Positions 1 through 16,468 of a stretch of 24,647 nt of DNA are shown here, one piece after another. Both the position numbers and the translations under genes were made by a program. The stretch is from NCBI RefSeq assembly GCF_020969955.1, contig NZ_JAHDSX010000036.1:1-24647 (forward strand). Direction: 5' to 3'. Below the pieces are notes generated by a model that was not told where the DNA came from, made no database searches, and worked only from the letters and a program-made list of their open reading frames with translations. Positions within the stretch are counted from its first letter, which is position 1, and every line of letters starts with the position of its first letter. This DNA is from Allobaculum fili. Its GTDB lineage: Bacteria > Bacillota_I > Bacilli_A > Erysipelotrichales > Erysipelotrichaceae.

Positions 1-47
1 ACCGGATCCGAAGTATGAAGAAAACGATGAAGAATAAAAAATACGTC

Positions 48-75
48 AAGCGGGATCTCGAAAGGGATCCCGTTT
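48..75. terminator. candidate stem-loop downstream of the truncated GH2 copy, possibly shared with a convergent plus-strand gene ending near 37
   Basis: aagCGGGATC-tcgaaagg-GATCCCGttt forms a 7-bp GC-rich stem (10 bp with flanking A:T/G:T pairs). On the minus strand the T-run starts ~9 nt past the stem, so it is not canonical. Confidence 0.3.
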
Positions 76-123
76 AGCGTATCTAATATTCAGTCTCGCG
101 TATACCCGTCGATTGTTTGACAC

Positions 124-3100
124 TTACGTCTGAACGGTTCCGGCGAAGTTATATGCGTCGCCGTTTTTAACAATTTTCGCACTGCCAAGTTCCAGATCGT
201 TATGGTTATTCGACTGGTCTTTGAGGTGCGTGATCTTCGTGCTCATGGCACGGATCTGCTCGACATAGCCTTTTACAAGTTCGGTGCGGTTTTTGTCCGC
301 ATTGACAATGTCCGCCTGGGCTTCTGGCATATTGAGCAGCGCATTATAGAGCGTCTCAACATCTTCGAGCTGGCTGTAGGAATACGGAATGAAGGAGTCC
401 GCCTGTTCGATCAGTTCGGCAGCGCGATCGGCATCATGCTTTTCACGGTCGAACGTTTCGATCGTACGATAGCCTGCGGCGGTATCGGTCAGCGACTGAT
501 TGTCCATGGCACTTCCTTCCACCGGCAGAATGGTGAATTCCCACTCGTACGCTTTATCGTTGTAGAGCTGGTACTGGCTTAACGTATCTGGTCCGCAAGT
601 CGCACCGCCGGTTCCGCGGCTGCCGTAGTTGACGCCGACCATGGTTTCCTTGCGCGGTTTAAGACCGTACGGGTGATCGGTGGAGTTCAGATCATCCGGT
701 GTGAAGTGCAGAGCCTGCATTTCCAGCGGAGTCGTCGCAACGACAAGCAGGGTATCCTTGCCTTCGCCGGAAAGAGCCATCCAGTTCGTGTCGGTCATCG
801 TTCCGGTGTCGTCGACTTTCAGATACGGGTAGAACAGATCGTCAACGGTCGACTCGTAAATGCCCTGGCGGGCGAACGTCTTGCGGTCGGAGAGGGACTC
901 AACCGGTCCGTTTCCGTACCATTTCACATTTTCATAGCCTTCCGCGGTCGTCATCAGCGAGCCGACGCGCAGGAAGCTGCCCATGCCGCTGTGTGTGGCA
1001 TCGACTTTCATATCCACTTTGACTGCGCCGTCGCCCAGAATGGTGTACGTCATGACAAGGGACGTATTGCCGACCTGCGGCAGGGTAACGTTCGTGATAA
1101 TGACGTCATTATTGTCTGCGTCTTTGGAGGCGGAGATCGAGTCTACACGCAGTTCGTCATCGCCTTTCCACCAGTTCCAGTCAAAGCCGCCCTTATCGTT
1201 TTCGAACGTACCGCGCCAGAAGTTGGGTATTGGTCCGGTTTCAAGCATGAGCTTGTCGTTAAAGGTGTAGTTTTTGATGATGCCGGTCGATTTGTCGATT
1301 TCAAACGCGTACTTGTCGCCGGCAACGGTGTATTTGTCTTCTCCATCGGTGATGGATGCGGAATCCGAAGCGGCTGCGCGCGTTTTCTGGCCAGCAGAGG
1401 TTGGAATGGAAATCTGATCCCAGCAGAGAACGAAATCTTTATCCGCCCATTTTTCCTGGTCTTTTGTGGAAACGTAAAGGTTCAGATAATAATCCGCACC
1501 GTCTTTAATGGTCGCTGGCAGTTCGAATGGAACCGAAATGCTGCCGTGGGTCTGCGGTTTTACATCTACGTTCTGTGCCGTTCCGGTATTCACAACGATA
1601 CCGTTTTCGAGAACTTCCCAGGTCACGTTGTATTCGTTCAGATTGGTGAAGCTGGATTCGTTGTAGACGTTGACTTTCTTTGCATCCAGATCGTCGACAT
1701 CCGCGCTGAACCAGTAGTTCTTGTACTGATTCTTGACTTCCATCAGTTCCGGCTGGGGGTTGCGGTCTGGCGAAACGAGGCCGTTTTCGCAGAACGAGTT
1801 GTCGTTTGGACGATCGCCCCAGTCGCCGCCGTAGCCGTAGAACTTGCCTTTGATTTCGTCCTTGTACAGGTTCGTACCATTGGTCTGACCCGACTTTGTG
1901 GAGTAGTAATCCCAGGCATCGACCTTGGCTTCCCTGTGATCATCCGCGGCATCCGCCCAGAAGAGAACGGAAGCGTCATCGGACTTGATGGCAGGATTTG
2001 CCGAATTCTGTCCGGCAATTTCTGCAGCGGTGGGGGCTTTGTTATAAATACGGCCCATCGCCACTTCACCGTTGAAGTAGCGGCCTTTTACCGTATCCGC
2101 GCCGACCTGGATCGCGTGATCCTGCGATTCGATGGATGCGGCAATCGTGCCTTCTTTCAGCAGTTTGCCATCGGCGTAAATTTTCGCCGTGCCGTTATCA
2201 TACGTAGCGGCAATCTGATGCCAGCTGTTGTTCCAGTTGGCTGGTACGTCGCACTGGATGCCGGACCAGCTGTTTCCGCTCTTGACGAAGAACTCCAGCT
2301 TGCCGTCGCCGTTCATTTTCAGCGTGGTCTGATCATCGCCCTTGGACAGGAAGACATCGTCAGCCACAGTGGAATACGGTTTGACGATCGCTTCCAGCGT
2401 AAACGCCTTGCCGGAGCCGGAAAGTGCGCTGCCGACTTTGCCGTCAGTATCCGGATAGGAGAGGTAGCCGTTTAAAGACTGTGTAATATGGAACGTTTCG
2501 TCTGGCGTTTCGGAAGTGACCCACTCGCCGTTGGCTGTACCGGACAGACCTTTTTTCTCGGTAACGCCATAGCTTACGCCAAGATTTTTCAGATCGACGG
2601 CGCGCGACTGGTCCACCCAGTCCCAGATAAAGCCGCCAAGCTGGTTTTCACTGGCGCGGATGGCATCCCAGTATTCTTTCAGGTTGCCGACGGAGCTGCC
2701 CATCGCGTGGGCGTATTCGCACATGACGTATGGCATTTTGCCTTCGCCGCCGCGATCCCATACGGTGCCCGTACTCGGGTACATGTTGGAACGCATGTCG
2801 GTACCCAGGTTGCCGTCGTTTCCTTCGGAATGAACCGGACGGGTACTGTCATGATTTTTGAAGTACCAGATCATGTCGCGCTGAAGACCGTTTGCGAAGT
2901 TCTTGTCGCTGTTGTAGGTCATTTCGTTTCCGATTGACCAGATCACAATCGACGGGTTGCTGCGCAGACGCTTAAAGGCGGTTTCTGTACGATCCAGACC
3001 GAGTTCGTAGAACCAGCCCTGCTTTTCGGAATTGCCCATGATCGCGTGGCATTCCATGTTCGTTTCGCCGATGAGGTACATGCCCCAGTCGTTGGCGAGC

Positions 3101-4615
3101 CAGTACAGGTAGTCGTCGTTGGAGTAGTGCGAAGTACGGATGGCGTTCAGGTTGTTCTGCTTCATCAGCTTCACATCTTCTTCGATAGCCGCCTGCGGAG
3201 TGGCCTTGCCGTGGAACGGGTCGGTGTCGTGACGGTTGGCGCCTTTCAGCAGCAGACGCTTGCCGTTAATTTTGATCGGGTCCCAGTGAGTGGTGGTGAC
3301 GTTGTAGTTTGAATCGACTTCGGTGCGTGTGAATTCGACCTGACGGAAACCGAGCTGAGTCGAGACGGTTTCAGCAACGTTTCCATCGCCGTCCTTTAAA
3401 GTCAGAACGAGCGCGTAGAGGTTCGGATCTTCTGCGGACCAGAGTTTTGGATTTTTTACGAGCGTAGTCAGCGATACGGTTCCCGTATTGCTGCTCTCGA
3501 GTTTTGGAATATCGACATTTTCATCGGTAAACAGAGCGGTGCCCTGGCGATCGTACGCGGAAGCGGAAAGCGTCCAGCCTCTGTTTTCTGCCGAAGAAAG
3601 GTTGCGGATATCGGCCTGGACGTTCAGAACTGCGTTGGTGTAGGAAGCATCCAGTGTTGTGGTGTAGTGATAGTCCTGAATCTGTACGAGCGGTGCGGAT
3701 GTCAGATAGACATCGCGGAAAATACCGCCGTCATAGATCATGTCCTGGTCTTCAAACCAGGTTCCGTCGCAGAACTTGTGAACTTTGACAGCCAGCAGGT
3801 TCTCGCCGTCCATGTTGACGTAGTCGGTGATGTCGAATTTGTGCGGGCTGAAGGTGTCTTCGGAATAGCCGACTTCCTTGCCGTTCACGTAAACGTAGTA
3901 GGCGGATTCAACGCCGCGGAAATCGAGGTAAATGCGGCGGTCGCTTCCGCGCAGAGAATCATCAATGGTGAATGTCTTGCGGTACAGGCCGACCGGATTG
4001 TAGTTGGTCGGCGCAGCCGGGCAGTCTACATTGGTGTCGTATTTGGACTGCCAGGGCATCTGGGTGTTGGTATAGATCGAGAAATCAAATCCCTGGGTTG
4101 TCCAGTTCTGGGGCAGCGTAACGGATTTCCAGTCTTCGCCTTCGCCCTTCTTGAAATCGGTTTTGTAGAAGGCATGATCTTCCGTCATCATTTCATTGGC
4201 AAGTGTTTCATTCTGAACGACGGTCAGATCCCAGTTTTCGTTTTCCCCGGTCAGCATCTGCATTTTCTGAGATTCTTCACGGGCGTTGTAGTTCCATACA
4301 GCCTTCTGTGCAGCAGCAGAATTCTGATAGGGGATGATCTGGGTGCTGGCGGCTTCGCGGTTAATGCCGGTTACATCTTCTGCAGCCTGCGCGTTGCCGT
4401 CCACATCCGTGTAGTGGGTTCCCGTCCACATCCGTGTAGTGGGTTCCCGTCCACTCCTTGTGAGTGAACTTGGTTTTGTCGACGTTGGCTTTGATGGAAT
4501 CCGCCGGACTCAGCCCTTGAGAGGGCGTTCCTTTCGCGGCGACGGGGATCGCCGGGAACGCGGAATAGGCCATCGCAGCAGAAACAAGCAGCGATAAAAC
4601 CTTATGTTTCTTCAT
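124..4615 (-). pseudogene. GH2 beta-galactosidase paralog with LamG insertion, C-terminally short and frameshifted by a 25-bp tandem duplication
   Basis: Two ORFs together align residue for residue with the first ~1500 aa of the intact paralog at 5466..13133. The first is 4361..4615, from ATG 4613..4615 preceded by AAGGAG, encoding [22 protein letters not shown] (signal peptide). The second is 124..4431. GH2 signatures are present: NRHD, the GNEM acid/base Glu codon at 2923..2925, the MCEYAHAMG nucleophile Glu codon at 2716..2718, [11 protein letters not shown], and the Bgal small-chain C-domain. The frame breaks at 4399..4448. Confidence 0.9.
4399..4448. repeat. perfect 2 x 25-bp tandem duplication (frameshifting)
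   Basis: gtccacatccgtgtagtgggttccc occurs at 4399..4423 and again at 4424..4448. The paralog has a single copy at 12939..12963, flanked by the 6-bp microhomology gtccac. Confidence 0.95.
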
Positions 4616-4751
4616 TCCAGTTTCTCCTTTACTTTTCTTTTCATGTGCCGCCCGCAGGGCCTGGGGGAGCTTTCTGCAAACGGTTACATGGTTATCCCCA
4701 TGGTAGTCTTCTTCAGGGAATGTTGGCAAGATTGGGAGCATGGAATTTTGT

Positions 4752-4792
4752 TTTTACTTTAAAATTTTCAATGAATTTACTTGTTTTTTACT
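4752..4792 (-). promoter_or_regulatory. three phased direct repeats, AGTAAAA on the gene strand, upstream of the disrupted GH2 copy
   Basis: Plus-strand ttttact at 4752, atttact at 4775 and ttttact at 4786, giving start-to-start spacing of 23 and 11 bp. The paralog's upstream region has the identical arrangement. Confidence 0.4.
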
Positions 4793-4811
4793 AAATGAAC
4801 AGCGTTCATTT
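4793..4811. promoter_or_regulatory. 19-bp perfect palindrome, operator-like
   Basis: AAATGAAC-AGC-GTTCATTT, with 8-bp arms and a 3-bp centre. It directly abuts the third AGTAAAA repeat and is absent from the homologous position upstream of the intact paralog. Confidence 0.3.
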
Positions 4812-5065
4812 TTGTTGAGTAACACGAATAGGTTGATATTGGAAGGTACATTCCCCTTATTTAAGGAAAACACGCCCTGTTTGTACTTTTTATGAGGGTG
4901 TCAAAACAGGTAACCGATTATTCCAATGGTATTTAATGATCCAAAGTTTAACTTAGTTTTACCTTCGATTTTCCTGGTTTTTGTCAGGCCAAAATACTCG
5001 GCAGCACCGATGCGGTAAAAGCTGGCGGGACGAAAAATCAGTCCGAACAAAACGCGAAACCATAG

Positions 5066-5106
5066 AAAAAGCTGTCGGAAGCGTGATGTCTTCCGACAGC
5101 TTTTTT
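5066..5106. terminator. bidirectional rho-independent terminator; it ends the giant GH2 transcript and insulates the downstream copy
   Basis: aaaaAGCTGTCGGAAG-cgtgatgt-CTTCCGACAGCTttttt forms a 12-bp perfect stem with an 8-nt loop, an A-run 5' and a T-run 3'. Confidence 0.8.
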
Positions 5107-5465
5107 GCCCGTATGGTAGAAGGACATCCTTTAAAAGAAGGTCCAGTTTGTTCGTTTGGTGTGCATCCAAAGAGATGCAGGTGAAAATCCGCAGGGGATT
5201 TTGCGCTCTGTCTAAAGACGAAGAAGAAGTCCCGCTAGCCGATTCGATGCGTTTTCCTTCCGTTTTGCCCGACTGAAGGGAGCTGTGGAAATCGTATGCG
5301 TGAGGATTTGTTTCGTCTGGCCATCTGGAAGAATCGTCCGTCCCGCTTCCGGTTTGCCCTCCAAAAGCGGTCCGGGACGATTTATGGTTGTGAATCAGAC
5401 AGTGTGTAAAACAGAGTGTAAAGAAGAGGTGCGCAAGACAGTTTCAGACTGTGCCAGCCCGTCTC

Positions 5466-13239
<7,774 letters not shown>

Positions 13240-13260
13240 TAGGGGTCAGAAAGAATTTTC

Positions 13261-13302
13261 GTTTTACTGGAATATATGGATATGTTTTACTCGTGTTTTA
13301 CT
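13261..13302 (-). promoter_or_regulatory. three phased direct repeats, AGTAAAAC on the gene strand, just upstream of the putative -35
   Basis: Plus-strand gttttact at 13261, 13284 and 13295, spaced 23 and 11 bp. This is the same spacing as 4752..4792, although the intervening sequence has diverged. Confidence 0.45.
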
Positions 13303-13769
13303 TAAGTACTGCGAATGTACAATCTGGATATAAACCGCATACATATATAAAATCATTTATATGGAATGGAATAACCGGAATTTGCACAAAGAGAACAGGT
13401 GTAAAAATCGGTAATCGATATTTACCTTGCGTTTCGCAAGTGCAAGTTTTATTAAAAGCTTTACTGCCCGACGGGGATGAAATCCGTCCGGTCTTCCATT
13501 GAAAAAACGAAAATCCTTAAATAAAGGCCTTTTAACCGCTTCCTGCGACAAACTCGACTGAAGCGTTTTTTGAGTGGACGGCAATCCATGGAACAGACCG
13601 GACGGCTTTTTACCAGAATCCGCCATAAAACTCAGGAAAAGAAAAGAAAGTACAAACAGAGCAGGAAAAATTCCCCGCTCTATTTCCAGAACGGGCCTGT
13701 CTGCCGTGCTTCGTGGGAAAGAAACGAACGATTCAGGTTTTTCAGACGAAAGAAAAAGGAGGAGTGAAG

Positions 13770-14327
13770 ATGGATGTAAAACGTTCGACAGCCTCAAAGA
13801 CCGGTACTTTACAGAACTGGATGTATGATGGCGAGCCCATGAAAAAACGCCTGGAAGCGGCGGCACAGAAGATGCCCCTGTCCCAGACGATGCAGGCGCT
13901 TGCGTATATGGAAAAGGCGCATGCTGGTCAGCTTCGAAGGACCGGCAATCCGCAGCAGCCGGTCGTTCCATACGCCATTCACCCGCTGAGTCTGGCGGTG
14001 CACGCGCTGGCCCTGGGCATTACGGACGATGACCTTCTGAGTGCCGCACTGCTGCACGATGTGTGCGAAGACTGCGATATTGCCTGCGCGGATCTGCCCT
14101 TTTCCAGAAACGTCCAGGAAATCGTATCCCGGCTGACCAAAGATGCCGGCTGCTTTTCGAAAGCGAAGATGCGCGAATATATCGAAGAGAGCGAAAGGCG
14201 GATTTTGCCGATGGCCGAACCGATCCGTGCAGCCCGCCCAGAATGGGATGCGCCCGTATTTCTTCTCGAATATCAGATGGTCAGCCTGATTACCGCGCTT
14301 CGCCCGCTCGTATACGAAAGACTTTGA
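13770..14327 (+). CDS. HD-domain protein, RelA/SpoT-type (p)ppGpp-hydrolase-like (small alarmone hydrolase-like)
   Basis: The ORF 13713..14327 is trimmed to ATG 13770, 7 nt after AAGGAGG. The motif AHAGQLRR..G....PYAIHPLSLA....LG......LSAALLHDVCED matches the RSH hydrolase HD signature. The C-terminal half is short and lacks the later RSH motifs I know. Confidence 0.65.
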   Translation: MDVKRSTASKTGTLQNWMYDGEPMKKRLEAAAQKMPLSQTMQALAYMEKAHAGQLRRTGNPQQPVVPYAIHPLSLAVHALALGITDDDLLSAALLHDVCEDCDIACADLPFSRNVQEIVSRLTKDAGCFSKAKMREYIEESERRILPMAEPIRAARPEWDAPVFLLEYQMVSLITALRPLVYERL

Positions 14328-14428
14328 AATCGAGCGCAGGATGGACATCTTCTCTGAACGCGGAATTTGCGAAAGTATGAATTTGCAAGAACAGGACGAT
14401 AAGGATACAAAGATGATCAGAATCCACA

Positions 14429-14457
14429 ACCCGGCGAATGGACAGAGCCGGGTTTTC
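14429..14457 (+). terminator. candidate intrinsic terminator of the HD gene
   Basis: ACCCGGC-gaatggacaga-GCCGGGT followed by tttcg forms a 7-bp GC-rich stem. The U-tract is short. Confidence 0.45.
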
Positions 14458-14496
14458 GTATGCCGTTTTTCCGGTTTTCTACCATATATATTTTCT

Positions 14497-14524
14497 ATAT
14501 ATTCTCTAAAATATATTCTCTAAA
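14497..14524. repeat. perfect 2 x 14-bp tandem repeat, with a degenerate third copy at 14483..14496
   Basis: atatattctctaaa occurs at 14497..14510 and 14511..14524, preceded by catatatattttct. Confidence 0.9.
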
Positions 14525-14762
14525 CCCATTCTCGATCCATCCGGTGTTGGAACAGCCCATCTCTCCAGAACCGGGAAACAATCCGCGAATTCCCTCTGGT
14601 GCGTTCATAAAAATCGAAAATGAGCGTACACGTAGGGGGATTTTTTAAAAAGCGGCCGATACATACTTCGTTTTTGGGCCGGTCCGCGCGAAAAGCGAAA
14701 AAAAGAAAAAAAGTATGCCTAGTGTAACCCCTTTCCCGGGATGTGAAAAAGAAGCGGCTATG

Positions 14763-14768
14763 TATAAT
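14763..14768 (+). promoter_or_regulatory. possible -10 box for the ecf operon
   Basis: A perfect TATAAT preceded by TG lies ~37 nt upstream of the ecfA1 ATG. I found no good -35 at 16-18 nt. The nearby TTGACA at 14774 is too close to the ATG to serve this start. Confidence 0.3.
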
Positions 14769-14804
14769 ACAAGTTGACACTCTGAAAGGTAAACAGAATA
14801 AAAA

Positions 14805-15623
14805 ATGGAAGCTGTTCATATTGAAAATCTGGAGTTCTCCTACGACGGAGCCACTCCGGTACTCAAAGGAATTACTCTCAATATACCCAAAGGAAGCTAT
14901 ACAGCGGTGGTCGGCCATAACGGATCCGGCAAATCCACGCTGGCCAAGCTGATCATTGGTCTGCTCGAACCCGCCGCCGGTACAATCGATGTTCTCGGAA
15001 CGCGCCTCACGGAAGAAAGCGCCCCCGAAATCCGCGATCACGTCGGCATCGTGTTCCAGAATCCGGACAACCAGTTTATCGGCTCCACTGTAGCCGATGA
15101 CATTGCCTTTGGTCTGGAAAACCATTGCGTCCCGACCGAACAGATGCAGGGACTGATCGAAGAAAACGCGGCGAAAGTCGGCATGCTCGACTACCTGAAC
15201 GCGGAACCGACGAATCTTTCCGGCGGACAGAAACAGCGCGTCGCCATCGCGGGCATTCTGGCTATGTCGCCGGACATCCTGATTTTTGACGAATCGACAA
15301 GCATGCTGGACCCGCAGGGAAAAGCGAGCGTCAACGCCCAGATCCGCAAGTTAAATAAGGAAAGAAACATCACGATTCTTTCGATTACCCACGATATGGA
15401 CGAAGCCGCTCAGGCCGAAAACGTGATCGTGCTGGAAAAAGGAAAAGTTGCCGCCCAGGGAACGCCCGCAGAAGTGTTTGAAAACGGGGAAATGATGAAG
15501 GATCTGAAACTGGATCTGCCTTTCGCCCTGAAAGCCTCAAAGGCCTTTGAAAAGGCCGGACTGACGGATCATCCGGTGCTTACGCTGGATGAGCTGGTGG
15601 AGGACGTATGCCAATTGAAATAA
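14805..15623 (+). CDS. ecfA1: energy-coupling factor transporter ATPase EcfA1
   Basis: Walker A GHNGSGKST, signature LSGGQKQR and Walker B ILIFDEST are present. It has the typical EcfA1 N-terminus (IENLEFSY) and its position is first of the ecfA1-ecfA2-ecfT triad. Confidence 0.93.
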   Translation: MEAVHIENLEFSYDGATPVLKGITLNIPKGSYTAVVGHNGSGKSTLAKLIIGLLEPAAGTIDVLGTRLTEESAPEIRDHVGIVFQNPDNQFIGSTVADDIAFGLENHCVPTEQMQGLIEENAAKVGMLDYLNAEPTNLSGGQKQRVAIAGILAMSPDILIFDESTSMLDPQGKASVNAQIRKLNKERNITILSITHDMDEAAQAENVIVLEKGKVAAQGTPAEVFENGEMMKDLKLDLPFALKASKAFEKAGLTDHPVLTLDELVEDVCQLK

Positions 15624-16468
15624 AAGATCTCGAGTACACGTATTCGCAGGGAACACCCTTTGAGCACAAGGCGCTCAAAGGCGTCAACCTGACGATTCCC
15701 ACCGGCAAGGTGACCGCCATTATCGGTCAGACCGGATCGGGAAAATCCACGCTCGTTCAGCATCTCAACGCGCTGCTCAAGCCGACGAAAGGCAGCGTCG
15801 ATATCGCCGGCTTTCATATCGATCCGGCGACGAAGCTGACGGATGTCAAAGCTCTGCGCAAAAAAGTCGGTCTGGTGTTCCAGTTTCCGGAATACCAGCT
15901 GTTTGAAGAAACGATTGCCAAGGATATCGGCTTCGGGCCGAAAAACTTTGGCTATACGCCCGAGCAGATTCAGGAAGCGGTGCATAAAGTGCTGCCTTTA
16001 GTCGGCCTCGACGAATCGTATCTCGAACGCTCCCCGTTCGAACTGTCCGGCGGACAGAAGCGGCGTGTCGCCATCGCCGGCATTCTCGTTCAGGATCCGG
16101 AAGTGCTCGTTCTCGATGAACCGGCTGCCGGTCTGGATCCCCAGTCAGCCAGAGAAATGATGAATCTGTTCATGTCGCTCAACCGCGGGCAGGGAAAGAC
16201 CATTCTGCTCGTCAGCCACGATATGGAGCACGTCCTGGACTACTGTGATGAAGTCGTCGTCATGAAAGACGGCAAAGTATCCACGCAAATGGAAGTCCAC
16301 GAATTTTTCAAACATCCCGAACTGCTGCGCGAAATCGATATCAACCCGCCTGGCATTGTTCAGCTCAAGGAAAAGCTGCAGGAAAAAGGCTTTTCTGTTC
16401 CGCAGGACAGCTATTCGCTCGATGAAATCGCTCAGGCCCTGAAAGAGCAGGTGAACGCCCATGAATAA
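15608..16468 (+). CDS. ecfA2: energy-coupling factor transporter ATPase EcfA2
   Basis: GQTGSGKST, LSGGQKRR and VLVLDEPAAGLD are present. GGAGG lies 5 nt upstream of the ATG, and the gene overlaps the ecfA1 stop by 16 nt, which suggests translational coupling. Confidence 0.93.
   Translation: MPIEIKDLEYTYSQGTPFEHKALKGVNLTIPTGKVTAIIGQTGSGKSTLVQHLNALLKPTKGSVDIAGFHIDPATKLTDVKALRKKVGLVFQFPEYQLFEETIAKDIGFGPKNFGYTPEQIQEAVHKVLPLVGLDESYLERSPFELSGGQKRRVAIAGILVQDPEVLVLDEPAAGLDPQSAREMMNLFMSLNRGQGKTILLVSHDMEHVLDYCDEVVVMKDGKVSTQMEVHEFFKHPELLREIDINPPGIVQLKEKLQEKGFSVPQDSYSLDEIAQALKEQVNAHE

Larger units (their letters stand above)
127..4800. repeat. copy A of a ~4.7-kb direct repeat (GH2 gene plus 5' leader and promoter region)
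   Basis: Collinear with 8664..13310. The offset is 8540 nt through the catalytic barrel (e.g. catcgcgtgggcgtattcgcacatgacgta at 2701 and 11241) and 8537 nt at the low end (tcgccgtttttaa at 158 and 8695). Homology is gone below ~130. Confidence 0.9.

Noticed and set aside
2-37. A possible 3' end of a convergent plus-strand CDS (...PDPKYEENDEE-stop at 35..37) just before the hairpin at 48..75.
   Set aside because: Only 11 codons are visible, which is too little to support a call.
4793-4811. I tested whether the palindrome upstream of the disrupted GH2 copy is a CcpA catabolite-responsive element (cre).
   Set aside because: cre sites are even-length with a central CG (TGNAANCGNTNNCA). This palindrome has an odd 3-bp centre and mismatches the core positions.
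4901-5184. Small ORFs in the inter-paralog spacer (89 aa on the minus strand, 67 aa on the plus strand), and the 79-aa ORF at 5285..5524.
   Set aside because: They run straight through the 12-bp-stem terminator at 5066..5106 or overlap the end of the giant gene. They have no RBS and no recognisable motifs.
5107-5465. About 360 nt lie between the giant gene's stop codon and the first convincing terminator. I looked for a riboswitch, small RNA, tRNA or gene remnant.
   Set aside because: I found only weak 5-6-bp hairpins, no tRNA-like T-loop, no conserved motif I recognise, and no frame with protein-like sequence. I left it as an unexplained long 3' UTR.
13345-13362. AT-only inverted repeat ATATAAA-atca-TTTATAT upstream of the intact GH2 gene.
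   Set aside because: Short A/T-only palindromes are expected by chance in this AT-rich stretch, and it is not conserved upstream of the paralog.
13357-14429. Two ~205-aa minus-strand ORFs (13357..13971 and 13809..14429) and plus-strand ORFs at 14063..14380 and 13122..13502.
   Set aside because: They overlap the HD-domain gene, which has a clear motif and RBS, or lie in AT-rich promoter DNA. Their translations are featureless.
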